Below the pieces are notes generated by a model that had not been told where the DNA came from, did not search any database, and saw only the letters and a program-made list of their open reading frames with translations. Of a DNA stretch of 64,000 nucleotides, positions 27,623 to 38,234 are shown in pieces; within the stretch, counting starts at the first letter, position 1; each line of letters opens with the position of its first letter. Both the position numbers and the translations under genes were made by a program. This stretch comes from Bacillota bacterium. Lineage in GTDB: Bacteria > Bacillota > Ch66 > Ch109. The stretch covers positions 288,001 through 352,000 of the forward strand of contig JBMNLH010000004.1 in NCBI GenBank assembly GCA_050952625.1, written 5' to 3'.

Positions 27623-27652
27623 AGAAGAGCCGGTTTCGGCTCTTGTTTTTTT
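27623..27652 (+). terminator. Rho-independent terminator after spoVG
   Basis: AAGAGCCG-GTTT-CGGCTCTT followed by a T tract. Confidence 0.8.
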
Positions 27653-27686
27653 GCATAATTAGAAAGTATAAGGGAACTTTCTGATT

Positions 27687-27757
27687 ATAAGTAAGGCAAC
27701 TAGGGCTTTCGCCCGCGCCAAAGGCTTGGCGTCTTGGGCGTAATCCAAGTTTTCTTA
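27687..27757 (-). repeat. Palindromic Bacillota intergenic repeat
   Basis: Reverse strand reads TAAGAAAACTTGG...CGCCAAGCCTTTGGCG...AAAGCCCTAGTT...CTTAT with nested hairpins. Confidence 0.5.
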
Positions 27758-27946
27758 ACGAAAAAAGATTAACTGGAAAAGAAATACTTCGGCATAAAGC
27801 TACAGGAAAAACAAGATTTTTGTAGAAAAAATAATAAGCGGCATTTTGAGAACTAGAATTTTGGCTAAGTCCATTGTTTTTATGCTATTATTTAAACGTT
27901 ATAGCGAACAGTTTATGCGAGATTAGGCGAGGGGGCAGAACCAGGA

Positions 27947-29314
27947 ATGCAGGATGTGGTAGCGGTTATCTTAGCGGCTGGGAAGGGAACCCGGATGAAA
28001 TCCAACCTTCCTAAAGTGATGCACAAAGTAGGGGGAAAATACTTGGTGCAGCACGTGTTGGACGCTGTCAGTTCGGCCGGGGTCTCCAAGATGGTAATAG
28101 TCATCGGACACGGGGCAGAATTAGTCAGAGAGAGTTTAAATAATGGTTATCGGTATGTGCTGCAGAAGGAGCAGCTAGGGACCGGACACGCTGTTTTGCA
28201 GGCGGAAGCGGTTATCGAACAAGCAGAACAGACAGTGATGGTTGTTTGCGGGGACATGCCGCTGCTATCCAGCGATTCATTAAGCCGGCTGATCGAACGA
28301 CATCGCCAGACTCGGGCCGGAGCCACGGTATTAACTGCCTATCTGGGTAACCCGACTGGCTATGGTCGAATTGTTCGGGATGAGCAAGGTCGGTTACTGC
28401 GCATTGTCGAAGAAAAAGATGCCTCCCCGGAGGAAAAAAAGATCAATGAAATTAATACGGGAACCTATTGTTTTGACCGGGAGCTGCTGTTTTCCGCTTT
28501 AAAAGATCTGCGGCCTAATAATGCCCAAGGTGAATACTATCTAACCGATGTCCTAACCATTCTACTCAATAAAAATATTGAAGTTGAGGTTATGGATGAA
28601 GCCGAAGAGCTAGAAGCCCTGGGAATAAACAGCCGACAGCAACTGGCAGTAGCGGAGCAACTGCTGCGGCAGCGTACCCTGGATCGCTTGATGACCGAAG
28701 GGGTGACCATTATCGATCCCCGGTCAACTTTTATTGATGATACGGTCCAGATCGCCTCAGATACCGTTATCTATCCCTTTACCTTTATTGAGGGCCAAAC
28801 AAAAATCGGCCATGAGTGTCAGCTAGGGCCAATGAGCAGAATTGTTGATTCTGTTTTAGGAAATTCAGTTCGAGTCCAAAATTCAGTAATTTTAGAGAGC
28901 CGGGTGGGGGATGATTGTAACATCGGTCCTTTTGCTTACCTGAGACCGGAGACTTGTCTGGAGCGGGGAGTCAAGGTGGGTGATTTTGTCGAATTAAAGA
29001 AATCATGGGTTGGCGAGGGCAGTAAGATTCCTCATCTTTCTTATGTGGGGGATGCGACCGTTGGCTCAGGTGTTAATATTGGTTGCGGAACGATTACCTG
29101 TAATTATGATGGGGTACATAAGCATCCGACTGTCATTGAAGATGGGGCCTTCATCGGCAGCAACTCTAACCTCGTGGCACCGGTAAAAATTGGTGCTTAC
29201 GCAACTACTGGTGCTGGTTCAACCATAACCAAGGACGTGCCGGAATACTCCCTGGCCGTTGAACGCAGCCAGCAGAAGATAATACCTAATTGGAATCGTA
29301 AAAGGAGTAAATAA
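27947..29314 (+). CDS. glmU: Bifunctional UDP-N-acetylglucosamine pyrophosphorylase/acetyltransferase
   Basis: LAAGKGTRMKS, QLGTGHAV, NNAQGEYYLTD, hexapeptide repeats, TITCNYDG. Confidence 0.98.
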   Translation: MQDVVAVILAAGKGTRMKSNLPKVMHKVGGKYLVQHVLDAVSSAGVSKMVIVIGHGAELVRESLNNGYRYVLQKEQLGTGHAVLQAEAVIEQAEQTVMVVCGDMPLLSSDSLSRLIERHRQTRAGATVLTAYLGNPTGYGRIVRDEQGRLLRIVEEKDASPEEKKINEINTGTYCFDRELLFSALKDLRPNNAQGEYYLTDVLTILLNKNIEVEVMDEAEELEALGINSRQQLAVAEQLLRQRTLDRLMTEGVTIIDPRSTFIDDTVQIASDTVIYPFTFIEGQTKIGHECQLGPMSRIVDSVLGNSVRVQNSVILESRVGDDCNIGPFAYLRPETCLERGVKVGDFVELKKSWVGEGSKIPHLSYVGDATVGSGVNIGCGTITCNYDGVHKHPTVIEDGAFIGSNSNLVAPVKIGAYATTGAGSTITKDVPEYSLAVERSQQKIIPNWNRKRSK

Positions 29315-29320
29315 TAAAAA

Positions 29321-30304
29321 ATGTTGAATCTGGCCAACAGGAGGAACAAAGGGATGTCTGTATTTAACAAACGATTAAAGTTGTTTTCGGGAAACGCCAA
29401 TATTGAATTAGCTGAGGAGATTGCCGATTATCTGGGGCTGCATCTGGGAGCGTCCAAGGTGAGTCGGTTTTCAGATGGTGAAATCTGTGTGGCGATCGAT
29501 GAAAGCGTCCGGGGTGTCGATGTTTTCATTATTCAGCCGACCTGTCCCCCAGTTAATGAGCACATTATGGAACTGTTGATTATGATGGATGCGGTTAGTC
29601 GGGCTTCTTCGGCCCGAATAAATGCAGTTATTCCTTACTATGGTTATAGCCGGCAGGATCGCAAGACTAAGGCGCGTGACCCGATTACCGCTAAAATGGT
29701 AGCCAATCTGATAACCGTAACCGGCGCAGCCCGGGTGGTGACGATGGATATGCATGCCGGCCAGATTCAGGGATTTTACGATATTCCGGTGGATCATCTT
29801 CCTGGTGTGCCTATTTTGGCCGAGTATTTTCGGCATAAGGGGCTAGAAGATGTTGTGGTCGTTTCGCCGGATGTGGGGGGAGTTACCCGAGCCCGGGACT
29901 TTGCCGAAAGGATTGGTGCCTCAATCGCGATTATCGATAAACGGCGGCCGGAACCGAATGTTGCCGAGGTTATGCACGTGATTGGCAATGTTAAGAATAA
30001 GAACGTCATTATGATTGATGACATTATTGATACAGCTGGGACCATTACCCTGGGGGCAAAAGTCATGGTGGAACATGGGGCTAAAGAGGTCTACGCCTGT
30101 GCCACGCACGGCCTGCTTTCCGGTCCGGCCGTTAAACGCTTGGAGGAAGCTCCGATCAAGGAAGTGGTTATCACCAACACCATTCCGCTTCCACCAGAAA
30201 AGAAACTCGATAAAATCCGGGTTTTATCCGTCGCTCCTTTACTGGGAGAAGCAATTATTCGAATTCATGAGGATCTTTCGGTTAGTAAGCTGTTTGACGC
30301 TTAA
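29321..30304 (+). CDS. prs: Ribose-phosphate pyrophosphokinase (likely start 29354)
   Basis: [35 protein letters not shown]. Confidence 0.98.
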   Translation: MLNLANRRNKGMSVFNKRLKLFSGNANIELAEEIADYLGLHLGASKVSRFSDGEICVAIDESVRGVDVFIIQPTCPPVNEHIMELLIMMDAVSRASSARINAVIPYYGYSRQDRKTKARDPITAKMVANLITVTGAARVVTMDMHAGQIQGFYDIPVDHLPGVPILAEYFRHKGLEDVVVVSPDVGGVTRARDFAERIGASIAIIDKRRPEPNVAEVMHVIGNVKNKNVIMIDDIIDTAGTITLGAKVMVEHGAKEVYACATHGLLSGPAVKRLEEAPIKEVVITNTIPLPPEKKLDKIRVLSVAPLLGEAIIRIHEDLSVSKLFDA

Positions 30305-30459
30305 CAGAGAATAACACGTTCCTCATAGTTTGTGTTGTTTTCATCCGTGGTTGTGCCTAGCGGGCCTGGGCGGTTAATGCAAAAGATATCAGCTTCGGCT
30401 ATCATTGCTATGAATATAACCTTTTATTCGTTTATCGTGGTGCGGGCAACGCCTGACTA

Positions 30460-30527
30460 ATTCTGAGCAGAGCGAAGAATCTTTCCCACGCTGAGAAGCA
30501 AGATCCTTCGCTCACGCGCAGGATGAC
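30460..30527 (+). repeat. REP-like palindrome flanked by two related GC-rich motifs
   Basis: TTCTGAGC-AGAGCGAAGAATCT...AGATCCTTCGCTC-ACGCGCAGGATGAC; flanking GGGCCYGGGCGGTTAAT at ~30362 and ~30562. Confidence 0.6.
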
Positions 30528-30691
30528 CTACGACCGCTATTGTCATAGGTGTTTGTCCTTGGGGCCCGGGCGGTTAATAAGAAAAAACTACGCCAGCTAG
30601 CCTATTGGGCGAAATGGTTTGAGATCTCCTCTTCAGGGAATACTGGAAAGAGAATACCCTGACCAGATAAAGGAAGAGGAGGAAGGAACCG

Positions 30692-31345
30692 ATGGAGGCT
30701 AAGAGTATATCTGTTGAGCATCGAGAAACTGGTTCCAAAGGACGAGTGCATCGAGTTCGGAAAGCCGGTCTGACCCCCGGGGTGGTTTACGGTGGGGACA
30801 AGTCGGCGAATCCGATTAAATTTAATCATAAGGATTTAGACCGGATTTTGAACCGCTCCAGCAAGGGCATGAATACCCTGATCGAAATGCAATATCCAGA
30901 TCAGACAGCGGAAACAGTTATTGTTCGAGAACTACAACGGGAACCGATGACCGGTGCCTTGCTGCACGTTGATTTTTATCGTGTATCTCTTTCAGAACGG
31001 ATTAGTGCCGAAGTTCCTCTGACTTGGGTTGGTGAAGCGGAAGGAGTTAAAAAGGGCGGCTTACTGCAGCCCGGACTTAGAACAGTCCTGGTCGAGTGCC
31101 TGCCGGACCAGATTCCTGACCGCTTAGAAGTGCCGGTTGCCCAACTGGAGGTCGGTGATAAATTAACCGTGGCTGACCTGAATCCTCCGCCCGGTGTCGA
31201 GATTCAAAACGAACCTGACGAAGTAGTCGTATCCATCCTCGGTGCCCGAGTCGAAGAAGAGCCAGCCACCCCAACCCCCGCAGAAGAAAAACCCGAAGCA
31301 ACCGAACCCCCAACCAACGAAGGAGACAGACTGGCGGCGAGGTAG
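30692..31345 (+). CDS. rplY: 50S ribosomal protein L25 / Ctc
   Basis: TPGVVYG, LQREPMTG.LLHVDF, GVKKGG, CLPDQIPD. Confidence 0.95.
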   Translation: MEAKSISVEHRETGSKGRVHRVRKAGLTPGVVYGGDKSANPIKFNHKDLDRILNRSSKGMNTLIEMQYPDQTAETVIVRELQREPMTGALLHVDFYRVSLSERISAEVPLTWVGEAEGVKKGGLLQPGLRTVLVECLPDQIPDRLEVPVAQLEVGDKLTVADLNPPPGVEIQNEPDEVVVSILGARVEEEPATPTPAEEKPEATEPPTNEGDRLAAR

Positions 31346-32047
31346 AGTTGTCGCTTCCATAGATTTGAACCAGTGCACGAGTTAATTCTATTTATATATG
31401 AACACGACTGGCAAAGGCTAAATACACAAGTTCAATAAAGCGACAACTCTTGCGAAGCAGTAACATGTCATGGATAAAACACGGCATTGCTTCCATAAAA
31501 GATCAACTGGAAGCTTAGCTAGATACTTTAATGGTTCGATCACGACTGGAAAGACTGAATAAGCAAGATTAAATAAGCAATGCCGCTTGTAAAGCAGTAA
31601 CATGTTATAAACTAGGCCCTAGTTGTCGCTTCCATAGATTTGAACCAGTGCACGAGTTAATTCTATTTATATATGAACACGACTGGCAAAGGCTAAATAC
31701 ACAAGTTCAATAAAGCGACAACTCTTGCGAAGCAGTAACATGTCATGGATAAAACACGGCATTGCTTCCATAAAAGATCAACTGGAAGCTTAGCTAGATA
31801 CTTTAATGGTTCGATCACGACTGGAAAGACTGAATAAGCAAGATTAAATAAGCAATGCCGCTTGTAAAGCAGTAACATGTTATAAACTAGGCCCTAGTTG
31901 TCGCTTCCATAGATTTGAACCAGTGCACGAGTTAATTCTATTTATATATGAACACGACTGGCAAAGGCTAAATACACAAGTTAAATAAAGCGACAACTCT
32001 TGTGAAGCAGTAACATGTCATGGATAAAACCACGGCATTGCTTCCAT
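31346..32047. repeat. 275-bp tandem repeat (two full copies plus a partial third) made of alternating 135/140-bp structured subunits
   Basis: Unit starts at 31346, 31621 and 31896; the third copy carries two substitutions and a 1-bp insertion. Confidence 0.95.
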
Positions 32048-32129
32048 GCAGTAGTGTATTATAGGGTCAGTTGTTCGTGACACAGACAACCGGCCCTTTT
32101 TCGCCTGGGTTATCAGAAGAGAATAAGGG

Positions 32130-32786
32130 GTGGACAGATTGTTTGAACGCTGGCGTAGACAACCGGGGAAAAAAGGCAGTGAGTCAACTAAACTGCTGGT
32201 GGGCCTGGGGAATCCTGGCTCAGAGTACGCCGGGACCCGGCATAACGTAGGTTTTATGACGATTGCCAAAATGGCGGAGGAGTTAAAAATCAAGGCTAAC
32301 CGCTCTGCTCACCAAGCTCTGATTGGCGAAGGCCGATTAGGCGGCTATCGCCTGGTTCTGGCGCAGCCTCAAACTTATATGAACCGCAGCGGGATCGCGG
32401 TCGCTGCTCTGCTAAAAGCATATGGTCTAACCCCTGAAGACCTGCTAGTGGTGTGTGACGATCTGGATCTGGAGTTAGGTCGCCTTCGGCTACGGGCCAA
32501 AGGAGGGGATGGCGGCCATCGCGGATTGCGTTCAATTATCGCTTGCTTGGGGACTAAAGAGTTTCCCCGGCTGCGAATTGGCGTGGGCCGTCCCGCATCT
32601 AAGGAAGAAACCGTAGACTATGTTTTAACCGGTTTTAATCGAGAGGAGCAAATCCTGGTCAACGAAGCGGTCGAAGCAGCAGCCGCCGGCATCCGGCAGT
32701 GGTTATTTGAAGGGGTTAATCGGGCCATGAATCGGGTTAATGTCTGGAAACCAGCGTCGTTAGCTAAATCCCCTGTAGGCGGTTAA
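32130..32786 (+). CDS. pth: Peptidyl-tRNA hydrolase
   Basis: LVGLGNPG.EYAGTRHNVGF, PQTYMNRSG, GGHRGLRS, RLRIGVGRP. Confidence 0.97.
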   Translation: MDRLFERWRRQPGKKGSESTKLLVGLGNPGSEYAGTRHNVGFMTIAKMAEELKIKANRSAHQALIGEGRLGGYRLVLAQPQTYMNRSGIAVAALLKAYGLTPEDLLVVCDDLDLELGRLRLRAKGGDGGHRGLRSIIACLGTKEFPRLRIGVGRPASKEETVDYVLTGFNREEQILVNEAVEAAAAGIRQWLFEGVNRAMNRVNVWKPASLAKSPVGG

Positions 32787-32796
32787 TACGAGAATT

Positions 32797-33609
32797 TTGG
32801 ATATTGAAAGGTGGTGCCGGCTTGGTTTCCTGGCCGCATTAATCAAAAGGAAACCAAGCAAGGTTTTGGCTTATCTAAAGAAAGTAAGCATTAATTGGGA
32901 TAAAGTCGAGACCAAAAGAACCTACCCATTTAATGTCCCGGCAATTTCCAATTTAAAATCGCTTGACCTTGATCATAATGTTGTCTTTATAATAGGGGAG
33001 AATGGAACTGGCAAGTCAACTCTATTAGAGGCAATTGCCTGTAAATCTGGTTTTGCCGTTGGCGGCGGCGGACGAAACAATAACTTGGGGTTAACGGATC
33101 CCAGTTTAGCCTTAGCGTCAGTAATGACCTTATCTTGGATGCCGAAAGTAACTAGTGGGTTTTTCCTAAGAGCAGAAACTTTTTTTGATTTTGCCAGATA
33201 TATTGATGAATTAGCAGACGATCCCTCTACGGGCAAACAAGCCGCATATCAGCCTTACGGCGGTCGGTCTTTAAACGAGCAGTCACATGGCGAAGCCTTC
33301 TTGTCTCTTTTTACCAACCGGTTCAATGGCAAAGGCTTGTTCATCTTGGATGAGCCAGAGGCGGCATTATCGCCCCAACGGCAGTTATCCTTTCTGAGAA
33401 TCATCTACGACTTGGAGAAAGACGGGCAAGCGCAATTTGTGATAGCCACTCATTCGCCGATTATCATGGCCTACCCAGGGGCGGTAATCTATAGTTGTGC
33501 AGACGATGGGATTAAACAAATAGCATATGAGGAAACCGACCATTTCCGTTTAACAAAGGCCTTCCTAGATAACCGGACAAAGTTCTTTAAGCTGCTGTTT
33601 CAAGATTGA
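32797..33609 (+). CDS. Stand-alone ABC/AAA ATPase (COG3910-like; start probably ~32866)
   Basis: GENGTGKST, GFFLRAETFF, SHGEAF, LDEPEAALSPQRQ, IATHSPI. Confidence 0.88.
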   Translation: MDIERWCRLGFLAALIKRKPSKVLAYLKKVSINWDKVETKRTYPFNVPAISNLKSLDLDHNVVFIIGENGTGKSTLLEAIACKSGFAVGGGGRNNNLGLTDPSLALASVMTLSWMPKVTSGFFLRAETFFDFARYIDELADDPSTGKQAAYQPYGGRSLNEQSHGEAFLSLFTNRFNGKGLFILDEPEAALSPQRQLSFLRIIYDLEKDGQAQFVIATHSPIIMAYPGAVIYSCADDGIKQIAYEETDHFRLTKAFLDNRTKFFKLLFQD

Positions 33610-33636
33610 CAAGATGGATTAGTCTTTTTACCGAAA

Positions 33637-33680
33637 CGTGCCGTAAGGCCCCTGCCTTTAGGCATAGGATATAAGGCACG
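33637..33680. repeat. Solo IS200/IS605-type end hairpin
   Basis: GCCCCTGCCTTTAGGCATAGG inside a CGTGCC...GGCACG stem; no transposase nearby. Confidence 0.5.
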
Positions 33681-33889
33681 GCGGCCAATAGGCCGCAATT
33701 TTTTGGTAATATAAAATTACCTTGGAAATATGCTGTATAATTAGGCAACATCTTTCGAAAATAGGGATTGACAAGCTCTATTTTGACTTTAGCGATGACA
33801 AAGAGTAGTGTTTAGCCTTCCGGCTCAGAACAAATCACCGCAACGGAAGAAATATAAAGAAGCATCTATAACAAACTAGAACTAATAAG

Positions 33890-35053
33890 ATGGATTATTC
33901 TAAAGGAGTTGCCATGGGTTTTTGGTTGACAGTTCTTATGATTTGGGTTGGCCTCGTCGTTTACCTTGGTTTCCGCGGCCGACAGGCTTTTGACAGTCTT
34001 ATCCCCAGTGGCTTTGGCATCGCGTACTGGATTTTGTTTATTTTGATTGCTTCCTCTTTTATTTGGGACCGGATGTTGCCTTCCGGTAATAGTTCTTGGT
34101 TTCAACCGATCCTGAATTGGGTCGGAGCCTATTCAATAGCCGCCTTCTTTTATTCTCTGTTATTCGTTATTCTGATTGATATCCTTAGACTGCTGGACCG
34201 CTGGCTGGGATTTATTCCTGACTCAATCAAGGAATCACCCGCCAAAGTAGGGCTGGCTGTAGTATGTTTGGTCGCTGGGCTGCTCTTATATGGAACTTGG
34301 AATGCCTGGCATCCGGTGGTGCGGCATTATGAAATCACTATTCCTAAAAGTGCCAACGGCAGCCAATCGTTACATGCCATCTTGCTGTCCGATCTGCATC
34401 TGGGAAACATAGTCAACAGCCAGCGTTTAGCCGGTATCATTGACCAGATTCAGCAACGGGATCCGGACATAATCCTCCTGGCCGGGGACGTAATTGATGA
34501 TGATATCGGTTCTTTTGTGGAGCAGAATATGGCTGCCATCTTCCGCCAGGTAGACCCGCGCCTGGGGATATATATGGTTTTGGGTAACCATGATGGCCGC
34601 GGAACAACGGAAACGGTGACCTGTCTCGAGGAAGCCGGGATAACGGTGCTACGTAATCAATACGTGCTAATTAATGATAGCTTCTATCTGGTCGGCCGGG
34701 AAGACCGCGGACACGGCCGGGCGAGTGCCGCCCGCAAGCCGTTAGCAGAGGTCATGGCCGGGATTAATCACGACCGGCCGATCATCATGCTGGATCACAA
34801 TCCTTCTCAACTAGAAGAGGGCCAAATTAATGGGGTGGATTTGCAGTTATCCGGCCATACTCACCAGGGGCAACTGTTTCCGCTTGGTTTTATAACTCGG
34901 CGCATGTATGAGGTTGACTGGGGTTATCTCCGCAAAGGGGAAATGCAGGTAATTGTCTCAACCGGGGTGGGTACCTGGGGCCCTCCGATTAGAATTGGCA
35001 ATACCCCGGAGGTTGTAGATCTTAAAATTAATTTTTCTGGAGAATCGTATTGA
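33890..35053 (+). CDS. Membrane-bound metallophosphoesterase
   Basis: SDLH, GDVID, GNHD, LDHNP and SGHTH motifs after N-terminal TM helices. Confidence 0.92.
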   Translation: MDYSKGVAMGFWLTVLMIWVGLVVYLGFRGRQAFDSLIPSGFGIAYWILFILIASSFIWDRMLPSGNSSWFQPILNWVGAYSIAAFFYSLLFVILIDILRLLDRWLGFIPDSIKESPAKVGLAVVCLVAGLLLYGTWNAWHPVVRHYEITIPKSANGSQSLHAILLSDLHLGNIVNSQRLAGIIDQIQQRDPDIILLAGDVIDDDIGSFVEQNMAAIFRQVDPRLGIYMVLGNHDGRGTTETVTCLEEAGITVLRNQYVLINDSFYLVGREDRGHGRASAARKPLAEVMAGINHDRPIIMLDHNPSQLEEGQINGVDLQLSGHTHQGQLFPLGFITRRMYEVDWGYLRKGEMQVIVSTGVGTWGPPIRIGNTPEVVDLKINFSGESY

Positions 35054-36153
35054 TGAAAACATTGTTTATTGGAATAGCGTTTATTCATGGATTGATTCAT
35101 TTAATGGGCTTTATCAAAGCTTTTGAGCTGGCCAAGATTAATCAGCTCACCATGAGTATTTCTAAGCCTATGGGTATTCTCTGGTTAGCCGCCGCTTCTC
35201 TTTTTTTAACGATAGCCCTATTATCTTTGTTGCAAAAAGATTGGTGGTGGATACCCGCACTGCTGGCGGTGATTCTATCGCAAATTTTAATCATCATGTA
35301 TTGGTCAGACGCAAAGTATGGGACCATACCCAACCTTATTATTCTTTTGGCCCTGACTATCGGGTTTGCGTTTTGGAACTTTAATACCCAAGTTAATCAA
35401 GAAATAAGAGAAACGCTGGCACAAATCAGGTTAGAAGAAACAATTATCACAGAAGAGATGATTAAAAACTTGCCGAATCCGGTCCAGAGATGGCTTATAA
35501 ACTCAGGTGTTATCGGCAAAGAACAAATCCAGACCGTGTATCTAAAACAAAAAGGGTTTATGAAATTAAAACCGGAGCAAAAAGACTGGATAGAAGCAGA
35601 AGCTGAGGAGTACTTCACCATTGATCAACCGGTCTTTATCTGGCGGGTTAAATCGTCCATGATGGGTTTGCCGGTAGTTGGCCGGGATCTCTTTCGAGAA
35701 GGGCAGGGTGAGATGCAAATTCGGCTGGCCGGGATTATTCCGGTTGTAAACGTGGCCAATAATCCTAAAATAAATGAATCCGCGTTACAACGCTATCTTG
35801 GCGAGATTATTTGGTTCCCTACCGCCGCCCTTAGTTCTTATATCAAATGGGAACCGATTAATGAGTACAGTGCCAAGGCCACCATGTCTTATGGAGGGAC
35901 CACCGGCTCTGCGGTGTTTTATTTTAACGAACAGGGTGAAATGACCAAATTTGTCGCCCCGAGATATAAAGAAATCACGGATGAAGAACCAACAGAGTGG
36001 GTGGCCACAGTCAAAGAGACTCAGATCATAAACGGTATCAAACTACCGACAAAACTAGAGGCAACCTGGATGTTGGATACGGGAGAGTTTACTTGGTACA
36101 AATTTGAAATAGCAGATGTTAGGTATAATGATTTAAGGAACCAAAACTTGTAA
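35050..36153 (+). CDS. Membrane protein, DUF6544-like
   Basis: HGLIHLMGF N-terminal TMs; LPNPVQRWL, LQRYLGEIIWFP. Confidence 0.7.
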   Translation: MMKTLFIGIAFIHGLIHLMGFIKAFELAKINQLTMSISKPMGILWLAAASLFLTIALLSLLQKDWWWIPALLAVILSQILIIMYWSDAKYGTIPNLIILLALTIGFAFWNFNTQVNQEIRETLAQIRLEETIITEEMIKNLPNPVQRWLINSGVIGKEQIQTVYLKQKGFMKLKPEQKDWIEAEAEEYFTIDQPVFIWRVKSSMMGLPVVGRDLFREGQGEMQIRLAGIIPVVNVANNPKINESALQRYLGEIIWFPTAALSSYIKWEPINEYSAKATMSYGGTTGSAVFYFNEQGEMTKFVAPRYKEITDEEPTEWVATVKETQIINGIKLPTKLEATWMLDTGEFTWYKFEIADVRYNDLRNQNL

Positions 36154-37011
36154 ATGGCGGGGTAGATTGATAAATTCTCCAGGAAGGAAACCTCGCCATT
36201 CGCCATCTAGATTTAAGGGCATTTTATTTTTAACGTTAATTCTCTTGGCCTTTGTATAAATGACTTGCTGGTTATTGATGTGTTCACCATTAATAGTGAG
36301 CGGGATTAAACGAGTAAGCTCTAATAAATTCATCTTTTTGACAATGAGCAGTTCAAAGAGACCATCATCAATTAACGCCTGGGGGGCAAGCTTTTTAAAG
36401 CCACCAATAGATGGGGTGTTAGCGATTAAGAAAAGTAGTACTTCTCCAGTAAATTCGTGGCCGTTATATTCAATCTCTAAAGGTAGCGGGCGAATTGATG
36501 GCAGCATTCCGATCCCTTTTATAAAGTAGGCGAGCTGACCCAAGTAGGTCTTTAGTTTACTGGGAACGGTGTAGGATATTTCGCTAAACAGACCACTCGC
36601 CGCCACATTAATAAAATACTGATCATTAATCTTGCCTAAATCAACCGATATTTCTTTACCGGTACATAATACATGACAAATTTGGTCGAGCGATCGGGGC
36701 AGATTAATGGCTCTGGCAAAATCATTAGTTGTCCCCGCTGAAATAATCCCTAATTTGGGCCGATATGGCTGTTCGGCTAAACCATTGATCACTTCGTTCA
36801 GGGTACCATCGCCACCGGCGGCAATAACCAGTTCAAATTGCTGCTCGGCAGCAGAACGGGCTATTCTAGTGGCATCGCCTGCTCCAGACGTGGCCTGACA
36901 TATCGTCGCAAAGCCGCCAGTCCTTAAACGGTTTATTATAAAAGATAAATTTTTTTCTATTGTTTCTTTTCCCGAAGTCGGGTTATAGATTAGACAGGCA
37001 TGCTTAATCAT
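36133..37011 (-). CDS. Diacylglycerol/lipid kinase (DagK/YegS family)
   Basis: YNPTSG, GGDGTLNEVING, GTTNDFAR, LDGE. Confidence 0.92.
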   Translation of the reverse strand: MIKHACLIYNPTSGKETIEKNLSFIINRLRTGGFATICQATSGAGDATRIARSAAEQQFELVIAAGGDGTLNEVINGLAEQPYRPKLGIISAGTTNDFARAINLPRSLDQICHVLCTGKEISVDLGKINDQYFINVAASGLFSEISYTVPSKLKTYLGQLAYFIKGIGMLPSIRPLPLEIEYNGHEFTGEVLLFLIANTPSIGGFKKLAPQALIDDGLFELLIVKKMNLLELTRLIPLTINGEHINNQQVIYTKAKRINVKNKMPLNLDGEWRGFLPGEFINLPRHLQVLVP

Positions 37012-37021
37012 CGATGTTCCT

Positions 37022-38146
37022 CTATTCTGCCAGTGCTGACTCCGGCTTATTTAATTCTACATCATCCAATTGTTGTGGATTAACTTTTAGATCAGGTCTG
37101 GATTCCAAGTGAACATTGGTAGTGGGGAGACCCATAGATACTCCTTCTTCCTCCAAAATCCTCATGATTTTAAAGTTTATGTCCTGCTTAACCATTAAAA
37201 ACTCTTGCCAGACAGTTGTGATAGTAAAAAAGTATAAGAAGATATCTAAGCTGCTGTCATTATATCGGTCAAAAACCACAAAAATGGTTTGTTTGTGAAC
37301 ATCGGGATGCTCAATAAGTGTGGTTTTTATTCTTTCCACGCACTTTTCCAACTTAGCTCTAGGCGTAGAATAGGCAACCTTCAAATGAAAGGTTATTTGA
37401 CGTTTGCCCATGGCTGCCCAGTTAGTAATTGGTTCATTGGCTAGTTTAGAATTAGGAACAGTAACGATAGCTTGGGCAAAGGTCCGCACCTTGGTGCTTC
37501 TAAAAGTAATATCCTCAACAATTCCTTCCACGCTAGGGGTAGATATCCAATCCCCTACAGTAAAAGGCTTGTCGACAATTATAACCATTCCTCCAAATAG
37601 GTTAGATAGGGAGTCTTGCGCTGCCAGGGCAAAAGCTAGGCCGCCCAGGCCCAAACCAGCAATAAAACCACTTACCTCATAATCCCATTCCTGGGCAATA
37701 ATACTGATAGCCAATAAAACCGTAATCAGTTTGATGATTTTAGAAAGAAAGGGAACGATTATTTCATCAAACTGAATACCAATGTTCTTGCCGATGTTTT
37801 TCAGCAGTCCTGAATAAACTATATCCAAGTTATAAATTCCCCAAGCCACCAAAACAATAATAGACGACCGGAACAGCCGGGTTATGATATCTTGGGCTGC
37901 ATCGACATAAGGCAGGTAGAGCAGAGAAAAGTAAAGACCTAGTATAATAAATAAAACTCGGGCTGGCCTTTCGAATACGGTAAGGATATTTTTCAAGACA
38001 TCCGTGGGAATTTTGCCAGCCATTCTTAAGAGAAACTTAAATACATAGCTTACAAAAACCTTGCGTAATAAGAGGAATGCCAGAAAAATAGAAAAGGATA
38101 TTAGGATATCTTTGTATAAGGCATTGGTCATTACCTCAGAAAACAT
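37022..38146 (-). CDS. MscS-family mechanosensitive channel
   Basis: GLGLGGLAFALAAQDSLSNLFGG...DKPFTVGDWI, VPNS. Confidence 0.93.
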   Translation of the reverse strand: MFSEVMTNALYKDILISFSIFLAFLLLRKVFVSYVFKFLLRMAGKIPTDVLKNILTVFERPARVLFIILGLYFSLLYLPYVDAAQDIITRLFRSSIIVLVAWGIYNLDIVYSGLLKNIGKNIGIQFDEIIVPFLSKIIKLITVLLAISIIAQEWDYEVSGFIAGLGLGGLAFALAAQDSLSNLFGGMVIIVDKPFTVGDWISTPSVEGIVEDITFRSTKVRTFAQAIVTVPNSKLANEPITNWAAMGKRQITFHLKVAYSTPRAKLEKCVERIKTTLIEHPDVHKQTIFVVFDRYNDSSLDIFLYFFTITTVWQEFLMVKQDINFKIMRILEEEGVSMGLPTTNVHLESRPDLKVNPQQLDDVELNKPESALAE

Positions 38147-38234
38147 TATTCACATCCTCCTATAATCCTAGAGCACAAGCTTTTGCCTTACCCGCGCATT
38201 ACGGCCCCTGCCTTTGGTGTATGAAGGGGAAATT

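Noticed and set aside
31418-31878. Duplicated 61-aa minus-strand ORFs in the tandem repeat
   Set aside because: No RBS, no recognisable protein features; they are a by-product of the repeat.
31346-32047. CRISPR array
   Set aside because: Units are 135-140 bp, the variable segments repeat identically every 275 bp, and there are no cas genes in the window.
33790-33850. T-box riboswitch (GCGATGACAAAGAGTAG start)
   Set aside because: No T-box antiterminator motif (GGTGG.ACC) or terminator follows, and the downstream gene is not amino-acid related.
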